A stretch of 64,000 bases of DNA from Azolla caroliniana. Its lineage: Eukaryota; Plantae; Polypodiophyta. Numbering within the stretch: the first letter of the stretch is position 1; every line of letters begins with the position of its first letter. The DNA is taken from NCBI GenBank assembly GCA_043228905.1, contig JBHGNT010000007.1, positions 10,850,001-10,914,000 on the forward strand, given 5' to 3'. Below the pieces are notes generated by a model that did no database searches, was not told where the DNA came from, and saw only the letters and a list, made by a program, of their open reading frames with translations. This document shows, in pieces, positions 38,550 to 51,100 of the stretch. The position numbers were made by a program, and so were the translations under genes.

Positions 38550-41500
38550 CTTAATTATATCGTAAAGATCCGTCACTAGGCGCAGATCGTGAGGTGGAAC
38601 CACCGAGGTTCTGGACCGCAAGGATTCGAAGTTGGTACAAGCTTTAGTGAGGAAGTATTTAAGATAGATAGGGAAAGAGAGAAATTGAGATTAAACGCTT
38701 GACTTTAGATTGAGAGAGATTGATTGAACTTTTATCTTTAGATTTAAGAAACAAGTTACACGATTAATTCGATAACGAATTTTCTTCTTCTTAATTTCAT
38801 AACCAAAAGAGCCTAACCCTTCTTCTTTTTCATCCCTTCTTTTATAGATGATCTCATGCATATGATGCATGTGAGGGTACAAGACATGCATAAAATGCAT
38901 GTTTGCCATTTGGCGCTCATGTATTACATGTGGTGCATGATAACCATATCACTCCTTTTAGCTCTCATGTATGTGAATTTACATGTAAAAGTAAATGATA
39001 GAAATATAAATTCAACTAAATATCATGGTTTAGTGGTAAGCCTATTGACTCTTAACTAGGAGGTGCAAGGTTCGAATCCTTACTTGCCCTCCTTTTATAT
39101 ATAAATGTGATATATATATATATTTATTTATTTATTAATTTCGTTGCCGAATATCGGATGCCGTCGGTCGTCGGATGCCGATGTCGATCGGTTCTGTTTT
39201 GGTTGGCCAAAACCTTTACGAGTGGTTAGGCCACCTCCACTCTCAATTCAAGTTGCCTTGAACTCTCTATACTCCACACGTAGACACAAAGATAATAACT
39301 TTTGCTCTACCTTATATATGGTGAGAGCCTTATTCGTCCTGTCTTTGTGGGATATCTCACAATTTTCTCTTTTTCTTTCGCAACTTCTTACCCACATAAG
39401 TTGACACTTAGATGTCTGTTTCTTATGTAGTAAAGTGCATCTCTTCAAGATCTTCGTCTTTTGTACTAAGATATTAAACTTACTTAGAATTTGTATATTC
39501 ACTATTATTGTTTTATATGATTGACACTTGATTTCGTACGTCTTATGTGATTTTCACACCATTGCCGAAAATCTTCACGACTGCGTGTTCTGCTAGCCAT
39601 ACCAGCGACAAAGGGGTGGCACCTACATGAGATGGATTTGAAAAATGCGTTCCTGCAAGGTGACCTTGAGGAGCAGGTGTGGCAATTGAAGAAGTCATTA
39701 GACGGATTTAAGCAAACCCTACGAACTTGGAACAGGAAGATTACGCAATAGTTGCGTAAGATGGGGTTTGCGCCATCCAAGTCGGACTCTTCATTGTTCG
39801 TTCGGCAAGGTTGACATGGCCCAGTTAGCCTGTTACTTTATGTGGATGATCTAGTCATCGCCGGTGCCAACCTGGATGAAATTGAGCACGTAAAGTCTCA
39901 GCTTGCGGCATCATTCGACATGAAGGATCTTGGAGACCTTCATTACTTCCTTGGAATCGAAGTGATCCGCGCCCTGGAAAGCATATTGATTAGCCAACAT
40001 CATTACGTGCTGAATATGCTCTTCATGTTCGGGATGGCAGATTGTAAGCCCATCTCGACAGCTCTAGATAGAAATGTCAAGCTTCGCCGAGATTCAGGAA
40101 AGACGTGCGACCCGACACGGTTCCGATAGATTGTCGGAAGCCTAATCTATTTGACAGTCACTCGGCCGGATCTGAGCTACCCGGTTGGCCTGATTAGTCA
40201 ATTTATGTCGTAGCCCACGGACGAACACTTTCAGTGCGTCCAAAGGATACTATGATATGTTAGCGGCACTAAAGACATGGTGTTGTTGTATCGGGCAGAC
40301 GTAGCCGAACAATTAGTTGGTTACACGGATGCCGATTAGGCCGGAAATGCCAACGATCGTAGATCCACATCCGATACACATTCTCAAGGGGAAGTGTGTC
40401 GATCGCGTGGAACAGTAAGAAGCAACCGATAGTAGCACTATCAAGCACAGAGGCTGAATATCGAGGGGCGATTGTCGCTATGTGTGAAGTCATTTGGCTA
40501 AAACGACTATTACGGGATCTGCACGTGGAGGTGTCCGCTTTGACAATGATCTATTGCGACAACCTTAGCAGCATCAAACTTGCGAAAAACCCTGTATTTC
40601 ATGCACGGACCAAGCACATTGAGGTGCATTATCATTTTTTCCGTGAGCGTGTCCTTTCCGGTGAAGTCGAACTAGTCTATGTTCCGACAGCTTGGCAAAT
40701 TGTCAACGTATTCACCAAGCCGCTAGGTCTCGACAAGTTACGACAATTCTCGGATGCACTTGGGTTGCGCCACCTCGACATGCCTAACTTGAAGGGGAGA
40801 CAAGAACAGGAGTGTGAGCTTGAAAAGAGCAGAAGTGATCACTGCGATGCCGAGTCGGATGAAGAATTCGACTTCGGGTCGGCTGAAGAAGCCAAAGATG
40901 AGTACAGGGGCCATAACCGTAGGGAAGAGCCGAAGATAGTTGAAAAAGGGGGTGATAAAGCCAAGACCAAGACGTGGTCTGACATTGTGAAAGGCCTAAA
41001 GACTGAAGACGAATTGGAGGCAGCCAATTAGGATGTAAGCAGAAATAAATCAGAAGTGACCGATACAATCAAAATGTTTGATTCGGACATGCCGAATCAA
41101 CTGAGGGCCAAGCGGAGAAAAGGGCGGCAAAAGAAGCACCAACACTGCAACATCAAGGGAGCTGAGAAGGGCCACACGAGCAGACAAGGCGACCGGAAGG
41201 GTCGAAGCGCGTGGAATCAAACGGTTCAGGGTGAAAGCATACGAGTGGAAACAATTAGTTATGTCCTTGACATAGCTAATTAGCTATGCAAAAAGCTACC
41301 ATTGATAAATAGTCATTTTAGTAAAAAGCCATCATTAATAAATTAAGTATGCAAAAAACTACCATTGAAAATACTAGAGTGTTTTAATTACATATGTAAA
41401 TGAGCGCCATAAATGTGCAACATAAATTGATGTGTGCACCATAAATGTGTACCATAAATTATATATCGAATTCCTAGGTCCATTATGCATGATCCTTTGC

Positions 41501-41579
41501 CACATCACGTAGGCCATCTCTAGTTGAGTACTGTGGGTTAGTTGCTACCACTGTTGCTAAACCCTATCGAGTCCACCTG

Positions 41580-42200
41580 CCGCCACTCTACACTGAGGGG
41601 CCACTACTGTGCGTTCCAAGCATCATCAAAGAGCTGCTCAATCTGACGGGGTTCTCTTCTCTGTGACACTCTACACTCAGGGGCCACTACTGTGCATTCC
41701 AAGCATCATCAAAGAGCTGTTCAATCTGACGGGGTTCTCTTCTCTTTTCCACTCTACACTCAGGGGCCATTACTGTGCGTTCCAAGCATCATCAAAGAGC
41801 TGTTCAATCTGAGGGGGTTCTCTTCTCTGTGCCACTCTACACTCAGGGGCCGCTGCTGTGCGTTCCAAGCATCATCAAAGAGCTGTTCAATCTGACGGGG
41901 TTCTCTTCTCTTTGCCACTCTACACTCAGGGGCTGCTACTGTGCGTTCCAAGCATAATCAAAGAGCTATTCAATCTGACGGGGTTCTCTTCTCTTTTCCA
42001 CTCTCACTCAGGGGCCGCTACTGTGCGTTTCAAGCATCATTGGTAACTGTTCAATCTGACGGGGTTCTCTTCTCTATGCCACTCTATTCTCAAGTGCCTT
42101 CTATGTGCGTTTCAAGCATCATCGGTAACTGTTCAATCTGACGGGGTTCTCTCCTCCATTGCCATCATTCTATACTCAGTTGCCACTACTGTCCAGTCCC
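41580..42200. repeat. 83-bp subterminal tandem repeat (about 7 copies) of element A
   Basis: Unit ...GCGTTCCAAGCATCATCAAAGAGCTGTTCAATCTGACGGGGTTCTCTTCTC...; the ORF-track starts at 41609, 41692, 41775, 41858, 41941 are spaced 83 bp apart. Confidence 0.95.
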
Positions 42201-42465
42201 GGATTGCTTCCACATTTCGATTTGACGGAGTTCACTCATCCAACGGCAACATTCTACACTCAGTTGTTGCCATTGGTCGGTCTTGGATCGCCTCCTCAAC
42301 TGTTGGATCCAACGGAGTGAAATCCTCTATTGTTCGGTCTTGGATTGCAATAACTTTTCTGTCTATTGATTATCTTGTGTATTGTGTGGAATATTTTTGT
42401 GTATTGTTGTTGCCCATAGCCATCTTTAATACTTGTTTTTTTTTCTAGAAATTTAGGGTTTTAAC

Positions 42466-45400
42466 ATGTCCAGCCAAATGGAAGGGGAAGAAGGGTGTTT
42501 AGAATTACCCCTCAATGATCATAAGGATAGGGATGATGTTATCAGGACACAACAAGCCATACGAAACTATTGGGCAGAAAAAAAAAGGAAACATCGTCAA
42601 TTGTTGAAGGATACGAAAGCCACACTCAGTAAAGGTAAGGATAGTTTAGCTGAGAATGTAAGTAATGCGACTACCATCATAGAGAGAAAGGTTGTAGACT
42701 ATTTCAATGTTCAAACCAAGCATATCAGCAATGAAGAAAAGAAGGTAGTACTTTATGGAATATGTAATGATCCATCGATAAAGGACTTAGTTGATTGTGA
42801 TGGTCTTAATGCAAACATATCATCTATTTTAGTAAATAATCTTCGTAATAGTTTTGTATCCATGAGCAGGTCAGAAGATGATCTTGTCTTAAAAAGGTCT
42901 AGTCTAATGATGTTACTTAATAGTGATGTTGACGATATAAACATCAGTGAGCTATCTAAGGTAATTGGTGTTAGTAGAAAAACAGTGTACAATACAATGA
43001 ACCGTATAATTTCCTCGGGTGAAGGAACTAGTCTACTAAAGCTAACTACAAGATGTAAGCCAATGACACCCATAACATTTGAAATCAAGGATGTAATCAC
43101 AATGTTTTGGACTAATGAGAGTAGGGTTTCACCCAATAAAAAGGATTTATGCAGGAAACGTGTTGGAAGAAATCAATATGAGGAGCATCCCATTCATCTT
43201 CTTGATGTACCTCAGGTATTTACATTTATCTCAACATTTGTTTTGACTCTACTCGGAAAGTTAATTAGCTCAGTTAGTAGAAAAGTTAATTAGCTTATCA
43301 GTTACATTTACCTCAGTTAGCTACTAGGATCGCTACTACATAGGTAACTAGCTACTCTCAATAGTTACTACCATGATAGCTAGTTAGCTATTCTCAATAG
43401 CTAATTTAGGTACTACCAGATAGTTAGCTGTACTGCTAGCTAGTTAGCTATCATGGTAGCTAGTTAGCTATTTCGTTATTACCAGCTAATTAGCTACTAG
43501 GAAAGCTAATTAGCTACCATGATAGCTAATTAGCTACTATGATAGCTACTACATAGGTAACTGGCTACTCTCAATAGCTACTACCATGATAGCTAATTAG
43601 CTATTCTCAATAGCTAATTTAGGTACTACCAGATAATTAGTTGTACTGGAAGCTAGTTAGCTATCATGGTAGCTAGTTTGTTATTTCGTTATTACCAGCT
43701 AATTAGCTACTAGGAAAGCTAATTAGCTACCATGATAGCTAATTACCTTACTAGGATAGCTAATTAGCCACCGTGATAGCTAATTAGCTACTAGACCAGC
43801 TAATTTGCTACCATGATAGCTAATTAGTTAGGATAGCTAATTAGCCACCATTATAGCTAATTAGCTACTAGACCAGCTAATTAGCTACCATGATAGCTAA
43901 TTAGTTACTAGGACAGCTAATTAGCCACCATGATAGCTAATTAGCTACCATGATAGCTAATTAGTTAGGATAGCTAATTAGCCACCATTATAGCTAATTA
44001 GCTACTAGACCAGCTAATTAGCTACCATGATAGCTAATTAGTTACTAGGACAGCTAATTAGCCACCATGATAGCTAATTAGCTACTAGACCAGCTAATTA
44101 GCTACCATGATAGCTAATTAGTTACTAGGAAAGCTAATTAGCCACCATTATAGCTAATTAGCTACCATGATAGCTAATTAGCTACTAGACCAGCTAATTA
44201 GCTACCATGATAGCTAATTAGTTACTAGGAAAGCTAATTAGCCACCATGATAGCTAATTAGCTACTAGACCAGCTAATTAGCTACCATGATAGCTAATTA
44301 GTTACTAGGAAAGCTAATTAGCCACCATGATAGCTAATTAGCTACTAGGACAACTAATTAGCTACTAGGACAGCTAATTAGCTACCATGATAGCTAATTA
44401 GCTACTACGACAGCTAATTAGCTACCATGATAGCTAATTAGCTACTAGAATAGCTAATTAGCTACCATGATAGCTAATTAGCTACTACGACAGCTAATTA
44501 GCTATCATGATAGCTAGTTAGCTACTAGGACAACTAATTAGCTACTAGGACAGCTAATTAGCTACCATGATAGCTAATTAGCTACCATGATAGCTAATTA
44601 GCTACTAGAATAGCTAACTAGCTACTAGAATAGCTAATTAGCTACTAGGATAGTTAGCTAGTTACGAGAATAACTAATTCCCCTTTATTACGCAGGTCGA
44701 TTTATTTATTAGGTTCAAACGAATGCATCCAACTATCAAAGTTCAACTACGAACATTCGAGTCTCTTAAGCCACACTTTGTGAGACGCTTAAAGGATCGA
44801 TACACATGTTGTTGCATTTACCATGTACAGATGGGTTTTCTGAAGGACTCTGTTAATCTACTATGTCACCATAGCGCATCCCTAACTAATACAGTTTGCA
44901 CATGTGGGTGCCCAATCTGTCGATCAAGCCCGCAAGAGGAGTGTAAATCATTTGAGCACGTTATCTCTTCCATGAGTTATTTATTAGATTCAATATTGTG
45001 TCCGAGAGAAACTGACGCTATCTTCCATATTCATAAATGTGTCATGGGTTTATGTCAAGATTGTGGCCCTACTAGATTTAGGTGGTGTCCAAATGAATTG
45101 AGTAGTGAAATATTGATCTCTGCGAAGTTATTTGAGTCAGTGAACACCAATTTCGAAGGAAAGGTGTGTAAAAGAAAGGATCTAGTTCGGAAGATGCTTA
45201 AACCAAGGGATTTGGTGTCTCTGTTTGTAGTATCTCTAGGAAAGTTCATTAAACACAACTTCATTTATTCATGGTAGGCCCATCAGTTTAAGACTTGCAT
45301 ATCTGATTTCCCAAATGATGTAGTAGTCTCAGTAGTAGATTTCGCAGAGAATTATACGTTCAAGCAGCAGAATGAAATTCAATCTATGCATTGGTGTTCA

Positions 45401-46537
45401 GTTCAGGTAACCATTTTTGTGCACATAACATATTTTCGAGTTTCAGGTGATGTTAAAAAAGTAATTCATTTCTTTATTTCCGATGATAAGAAGCATGATA
45501 CCTTGTTCGTCCAACACTGTTTTAAGTTACATTGGCAGTGGTTATTAGCTCAACGTTTGGAGCTTACTCAACATTGGGTCTGGTCTGACGGAGCTGCGTC
45601 ACAATTCAAGGCTCGACGTCCATTTTATTTTGTGGGTAGGTATCCTGCTATAACAGGTTTGGAGATGAGATGGAATTTTTTTGGGTCTGGCCATGGTAAA
45701 GGTGAACATGATGGTGCAGGGGCTGTTATAAAGCGGGCACTTACCCATGAACAACTAAAGACAGATGGTGTGCACATGAATTGTGCATCACATGTAGTTG
45801 AATTTTTAAGAACAAATATGTCAACGAGTGCCACAGGTGTTTATTCCTCGCAAGTCCGAGATATCAAACGTGAATTTTGGGAAGTGAAGATAGATGAAGT
45901 AAATAGGGAGAAGACCTGGGAGTGCCAAGGAATTCCCGAATTGCGATCTCTGCATGCTGTTCGCGGTTATTCCAGGTTGGATGGTCATTGTATTGCGGTT
46001 AGAGAATTGACTTGTTTTTGCTTCCATTGTGTGCAGGGAAATTGGAGATATTGTCTAAACAAAGCATACATTCAGAATTGGGAGTATCACACTCTGAATG
46101 ATAAGGAAGCAGTTGATGGAGAAACAGGGCAGAATGCTGACTTCACATATGAGGGACTTGGAGATACTTTGAGTGATGTCCTGAACGTTGGGGATAACTT
46201 CGCTAGAAATGTTGAAGAAGGCAATTCAGAGGGTGCTAATTTCTATATATTAAAGTGCACGGTTAGTAAACAATGTGCAAGGCAGAATATTGTAGATGCA
46301 TGGGGAAATTTTGTATCTGCCGGGACATTCTACATCGAAGGCATTTTTTATGCAAAACTAGATAACTACGAATATGTGTACAGGCTGTTAGAAGACAAAC
46401 CAGCGGCGTATATGTACTCTCATTTGGTCAGGTGCATCAACGTCCCAATGTCAGAATACAATAGCTGCTCCGGTTTATACACTGTTGGTGCTAATGTGTG
46501 TGAATGTATTTACAATAGTATGCCATGGAATTTGTAG
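42466..46537 (+). pseudogene. Sola2-type DDD transposase of element A; exons 42466-43215 and 44696-46537; 863 codons with one in-frame TAG (45275-45277)
   Basis: CAG|GTATTT donor and CGCAG| acceptor in phase 0; motifs RVSPNKKD, TCCCIYH, VVDFAENY, QSMHW, ISDDKKHD, WSDGAASQFK, GSGHGKGEHDGAGAVIKR. The stop aligns with Q in element B. Confidence 0.88.
43260..44680. repeat. Array of palindromic TAGCTAATTAGCTA units (~20-21 bp period) filling the transposase A intron
   Basis: Directly visible; spacers such as CCATGA, CTAGGA, CTAGAC. Confidence 0.97.
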
Positions 46538-46884
46538 CTACAAGTAGCACTTACCATGTTCTCTTGTAAAACAAACATGTATTTCGCGAAAACAGTTAAA
46601 TAAATTCGTTTGGAATCAATTTCTTGTATACAGTCTGCTTTCTGTGCTTCTTTCTTAATAAAATCATGTCTTTTTTGTTAAGTTTTAAGTTATAAGTTAT
46701 AGCGAAATAGTCATCAGTAGCTAATTAGCTGTACAAATGCAGCTAATTAGCTGTCAATAGCTAAATAATCATCAATAGCATGAAATCAACAATCTGCAAC
46801 ATATTCCTCAAATTACACAGTAGATAAGTACAGTGGGAACAAGTAATTAAATTCTTCATTGAATAATGCCATCTCTTTACATAT

Positions 46885-48031
46885 TTATAAATTACCATTG
46901 GAAATGTCTACAAATCTCCTATAAACAGCTAAGCTCTTGCTAGTCAGTGGAACGAGTCTACATATATTATCCGCATATTGAGCTCGGTATGGAGTCCACA
47001 ACCATGCACCTAGTTGGCAGCTCACTATTTGCACCAGGTACTGTTCAGGCATTTCCTCGGGTAGAATGAGACAGCATCTCCGAATATTGAAGTAGTGTCG
47101 GAAATGTTCTGTATCCAAAATCAATGTATTGTCGGCATTATATTCAGGCCAAGTAGCCCAAAAATCAGAAAGTCTCTTGAATCTTGCAGCTTCCATTTGC
47201 TCACAATTTTCTCGTGCCCATTGACCTTTAAAACGACTTCGCCATTTTGGGAAGAATCTTGCCAAACACTTCCACACATCTGATTTTGGTTTTTCACTCC
47301 AAATAAACAAATCAAAGTATTCCACAGCCCACTCTAGAAACTGATTTGCGTCCCTCCTTGGCTGCATATATCTCACACTCATCAAGACTTTATCAAGCTC
47401 CAAGATCAAGGCTCTTCTTTCGACTTCTAGTGGTTTAGGTTTCCATTCCTGAAACTGAGCCGCTGTTACACCATTTTCTGGTAGGATACGATCAATCTCA
47501 ATCAGCTCAGGTTCGGCTGACACAACTGGTGTCCTTTTCCTCTTTAAACCCCTAGTCGACTGTGTTGGGCCTAGCTTCACATTCTGGTGCTCTTGTTTTG
47601 TCGACTTAGTTATCAATCCTTGGATTACCTCAGTGCATGTAGCTACTAATCTGCTCGATATCAGTCCACTGGTATCACATGCTGCATCTACCTGCAACAC
47701 CAAGTCATCCGTGCTACATGCTGCATCTACCTGCAACACCAAGTCATCCGTGCTACATGCTTGATCAACTTGTGTGACCAGATCACTTGTGTCAGTTGCT
47801 ACATCTACTTTCAAGATGGGGCCCTTTAAACATGCCGCAACATCAACAATATCCACACTGCCATTGGCCTTACGAGCAATAGAATCAAACCCTTTAGACT
47901 CTGCAACATCAGAAAACACCAACATATTCACACTCACAAAGTAACTAATAGTCTCACAAAACAATATCCTGAACATCAAAGAGTTTCAGTCATAGAACAA
48001 CACTCTTCAAATTACCTTGGAAAAACATCAT
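46885..48031 (-). CDS. Element A cargo ORF3: FCP1/NIF-like HAD-phosphatase-domain protein; main exon 47900-46885, tentative first exon 48031-48016
   Basis: ALILELDKVLM (DxDx motif position), RRDANQFLEWAVEYFDLFIWS, FKRLSDFW, PEYNADNTLILD follow the FCP1/UBLCP1-type pattern; preceded by 13-aa repeats and KRKR; acceptor TTGCAG at 47901. Confidence 0.7.
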
Positions 48032-48149
48032 AGAGTTCCATTACATAATGTGGATCAAGCAACAACCAATCTGAGGTTTTACTTGTCCAACAGGATAGTA
48101 AAACTTCATAAAACCCTAGCAAAATCCCTAAGCTAACAATCATATCCAA

Positions 48150-51100
48150 CTAAACAGTATTTCGCCCCACTACGTCTGGGCCCCTTGACCGAGTAACTGG
48201 TCTTGTTCCCGATCGTGGCCCCTTCTTCAGCCTTTTTCTGGTTGGTTCCCCATTTAGCCTTGCTTCTTTCACCCAATGCGCAAGTGTGTCCTCCTCCGAC
48301 AACCTTCCCATCGCCTCAGCAGCTAATTGCACATCAGTCGTTTCTTGAACTAGCTTTTCAAGTACAGAGGGATCTGTTTGGACATTTTCAGTAGTTGGGC
48401 TTGGTGGGGTGGAATCAAGGTCTTGAGACTCGAAGAAATGTTGCATCAAGTGTTCATAAACATTGTTGTTGTGAACCTCAGTTTTACATGTTGTTTCCAC
48501 TATTTCATGGCATTTCACATCGTTGCCTAATTTAGTACACTGTTCCAAAAGAATAGGGTGCAGCTGATCTGAAGGAGATGTGATAGCAGGACTCTTACTT
48601 TCAGCCACATTGGCAGTAGTATCCTCATATGTTGCAGCATCATCAGCACCAGACACATCATGTGCCGTCCTTAATCCACAAGATTCTACAATAACATGAC
48701 AGTTATTTAGGATAGCTAATTAGCTACTTTACTAAACTATGGTAGAAGCTAGGATAGCTAATTAGCTAGTACGATAGCTAATTAGCTAGTACGATAGCTA
48801 ATTAGCTAGTATGATAGCTAATTAGGTACTTTACTCAACTATGGTAGTAGTTACGATAGCTAATTAGCTACTTTACTCAACTATGGTAGTAGCTAGGATA
48901 GCTAATTAGCTACTTTACTCAACTATGGTAGTAGCTAGGATAGCTAATTAGCTACTTTACTAACTATGGTAGTAGCTAGGATAGCTAATTAGCTACAATG
49001 AAAGCTAATTAGCTACTTTCTCAACTATGTAGTAGCTAGGATAGCTTATTAGCTACTAGGACAGCTAATTAGCTGCCAGTAGCTAATTAGCTACTAGGAT
49101 AGCTTATTAGCTACTTTACACAACTATGTCAGTAGCTAATTAGCTACTATGATAGCTAATTAGCTAGTAGGATAGCTAATTAGTTGCCAATAGCTAATTA
49201 GCTACTAGGATAGCTAATTCGCTAGTAGGATAGCTAATTAGTTGCCAGCAGCTAATTAGCTAGTAGGATAGCTAATTAGCTTTTTTACACAACTATGGTA
49301 CTAGCTAATTAGCTAGTAGGATAGCTAATTAGCTACTAGCTACTTTACACAACTATGGCAGTAGCTAATTAGTTACTAGGATAGCTAATTAGTTGCCAGT
49401 GGCTAATTAGCTAGTAGGATAGCTAATTAGCTTTTTTACACAACTATGGTACTAGCTAATTAGCTAGTACCATAGCTAATTAGCTACTAGGATAGCTAAT
49501 TAGCTAGTAGGATAGCTTATTAGCTACTTTACACAACTATGGTAGTAGCTAGGATAGCTAATTAGCTACTATGGTAGCTAATTAGCTACTTTACTCAACT
49601 ATGGTAGTAGCTAGGATAGCTAATTAGCTACTTTACTCAACTATGGTAGTAGCTAGGATAGCTAATTAGCTACTTTACTCAACTATGGTAGTAGCTAGGA
49701 TAGCTAATTAGCTACTTTACTAACTATGGTAGTAGCTAGGATAGCTAATTAGCTACTTTACTAACTATGGTGGTAGCTAGGATAGCTAATTAGCTACTTT
49801 CTCAACTATGTAGTAGCTAGGATAGCTTATTAGCTACTAGGACAGCTAATTAGCTGCCAGTAGCTAATTAGCTACTAGGATAGCTTATTAGCTACTTTAC
49901 ACAACTATGTTAGTAGCTAATTAGCTACTATGATAGCTAATTAGCTAGTAGGATAGCTAATTAGTTGCCAGTAGCTAATTAGCTACTAGGATAGCTAATT
50001 CGCTAGTAGGATAGGGGTAGAAGCACGCTACGGTGTACCAGAAAAGTACTGTTTTTGGCCACAAAAATTGTCAGTACTTTTAGTACTGTTAGTATGAATA
50101 ATTCAAAAAAAAAAAATCAGAGAAAAAGAAAATCGATTTTGGAGAGTGGGGTGACTGTAGTACAAGTGTCATTTATTGTAGAAGGAGTGGGGGGAACAGG
50201 TGAGGAGATGTTCATTCCATTTTGGGGGCTATTTTCCCCTCACGTCGATTTTGGCGCTTCCCCTCACGTCGTTTTGGCGGTTCCCCTCATACTCCTCTTC
50301 CTCTATCCCTCTGAGCTTTTCATCACAGATCCATGTTCAGTTTCTGATTTCCTCCAATCTAAATCTCAGACATCCATGTCTGTTTTGAGCGTTTAAGTTG
50401 AGGATTTCTGATTTTTTTAGGGTTTCTGTTTTTGTTAGGGTTTAGGTCGAGGTACAGAGACTGTTGGTAGCAGCCAATAGTGACTTCTTCGACAACGACT
50501 TTCTTACATCCATCCATTGAAGTTGGTGTCGTGGTGATTTGTGGCTTTTTCCACCAAATCGAGGCGGCATTGGAGGTTCCTTCCGCCAAATCGAGGCGGC
50601 ATATCCAACGCTCCGTCCACCATTGGAGGTTCCTTCCACCAAATCGAGGCGGCATATCCAACGCCCCCTCCATCCATTCGAGGTTCCTTCCATCCGTTTT
50701 TTTTATTTTCAGTACTAAAATGTTACATTTCTTCATATTTCAGTACAAAAATTTTAGAACTGACAATTGTCATATTTGATATGTAATTCTAATGTTTGAA
50801 ACGAAATATCTTTCACTTTGCAGGCCACATTTAAAAACATTTGATTGTGTTTTCTTGGTTGAGTCTATATAACATTAACTACTTTTGCAAGCCACTTAAT
50901 TTTTGCGGATAAATCTAGTGACCGAATGGGGGTTCCTAACGAGAGTGAGTTGTCAAGTAACTCATGCATATCTGAAAGGACTAAGAGACGAGTGGTTCTT
51001 CACATAGTCCGTTATTTGGTAGAAATAACAAAGAGATTTAGTGAAGAGGATCGTAGGGATATTATCTGTAGAGTGTTACACCATCAAAGTTTGAATGAAG

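Larger units (their letters stand above)
34130..39581 (-). mobile_element. Two-LTR Ty3/gypsy element, non-autonomous (gag + integrase; PR-RT-most of RH deleted); LTRs 34130-35133 and 38558-39581
   Basis: Two highly similar ~1-kb direct repeats; TSD TGCGT (34125-34129 and 39582-39586); minus-strand gag 38496-36770 and INT ~36700-35207 homologous to the plus-strand gypsy; purine-rich PPT at ~35135-35147. Confidence 0.95.
31501..41240 (+). mobile_element. Ty1/copia element 4: 5' LTR to 31919, tRNA-Met PBS 31920-31931, gag-INT-RT-RH with internal deletions; split by the gypsy at 34130-39581, 3' end cut off near 41240
   Basis: TTTTACA+TGGTATCAGAGC; gag 32006-; INT tail 33042-33317; RT reads TIVR|VLLA across the gypsy insertion; LYVDDL, SKKQPIVALSSTEAEY, ARTKHIEVHYHF. 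Confidence 0.92.

Noticed and set aside
41580-42200. 83-bp repeat array as a CRISPR array
   Set aside because: Whole units are near-identical with no unique spacers, there are no cas genes, and the context is eukaryotic; it is a subterminal minisatellite.
43260-44680. Palindromic repeat with short variable spacers as a CRISPR-like array
   Set aside because: Spacers are only 6-7 nt and are drawn from a few recurring variants.
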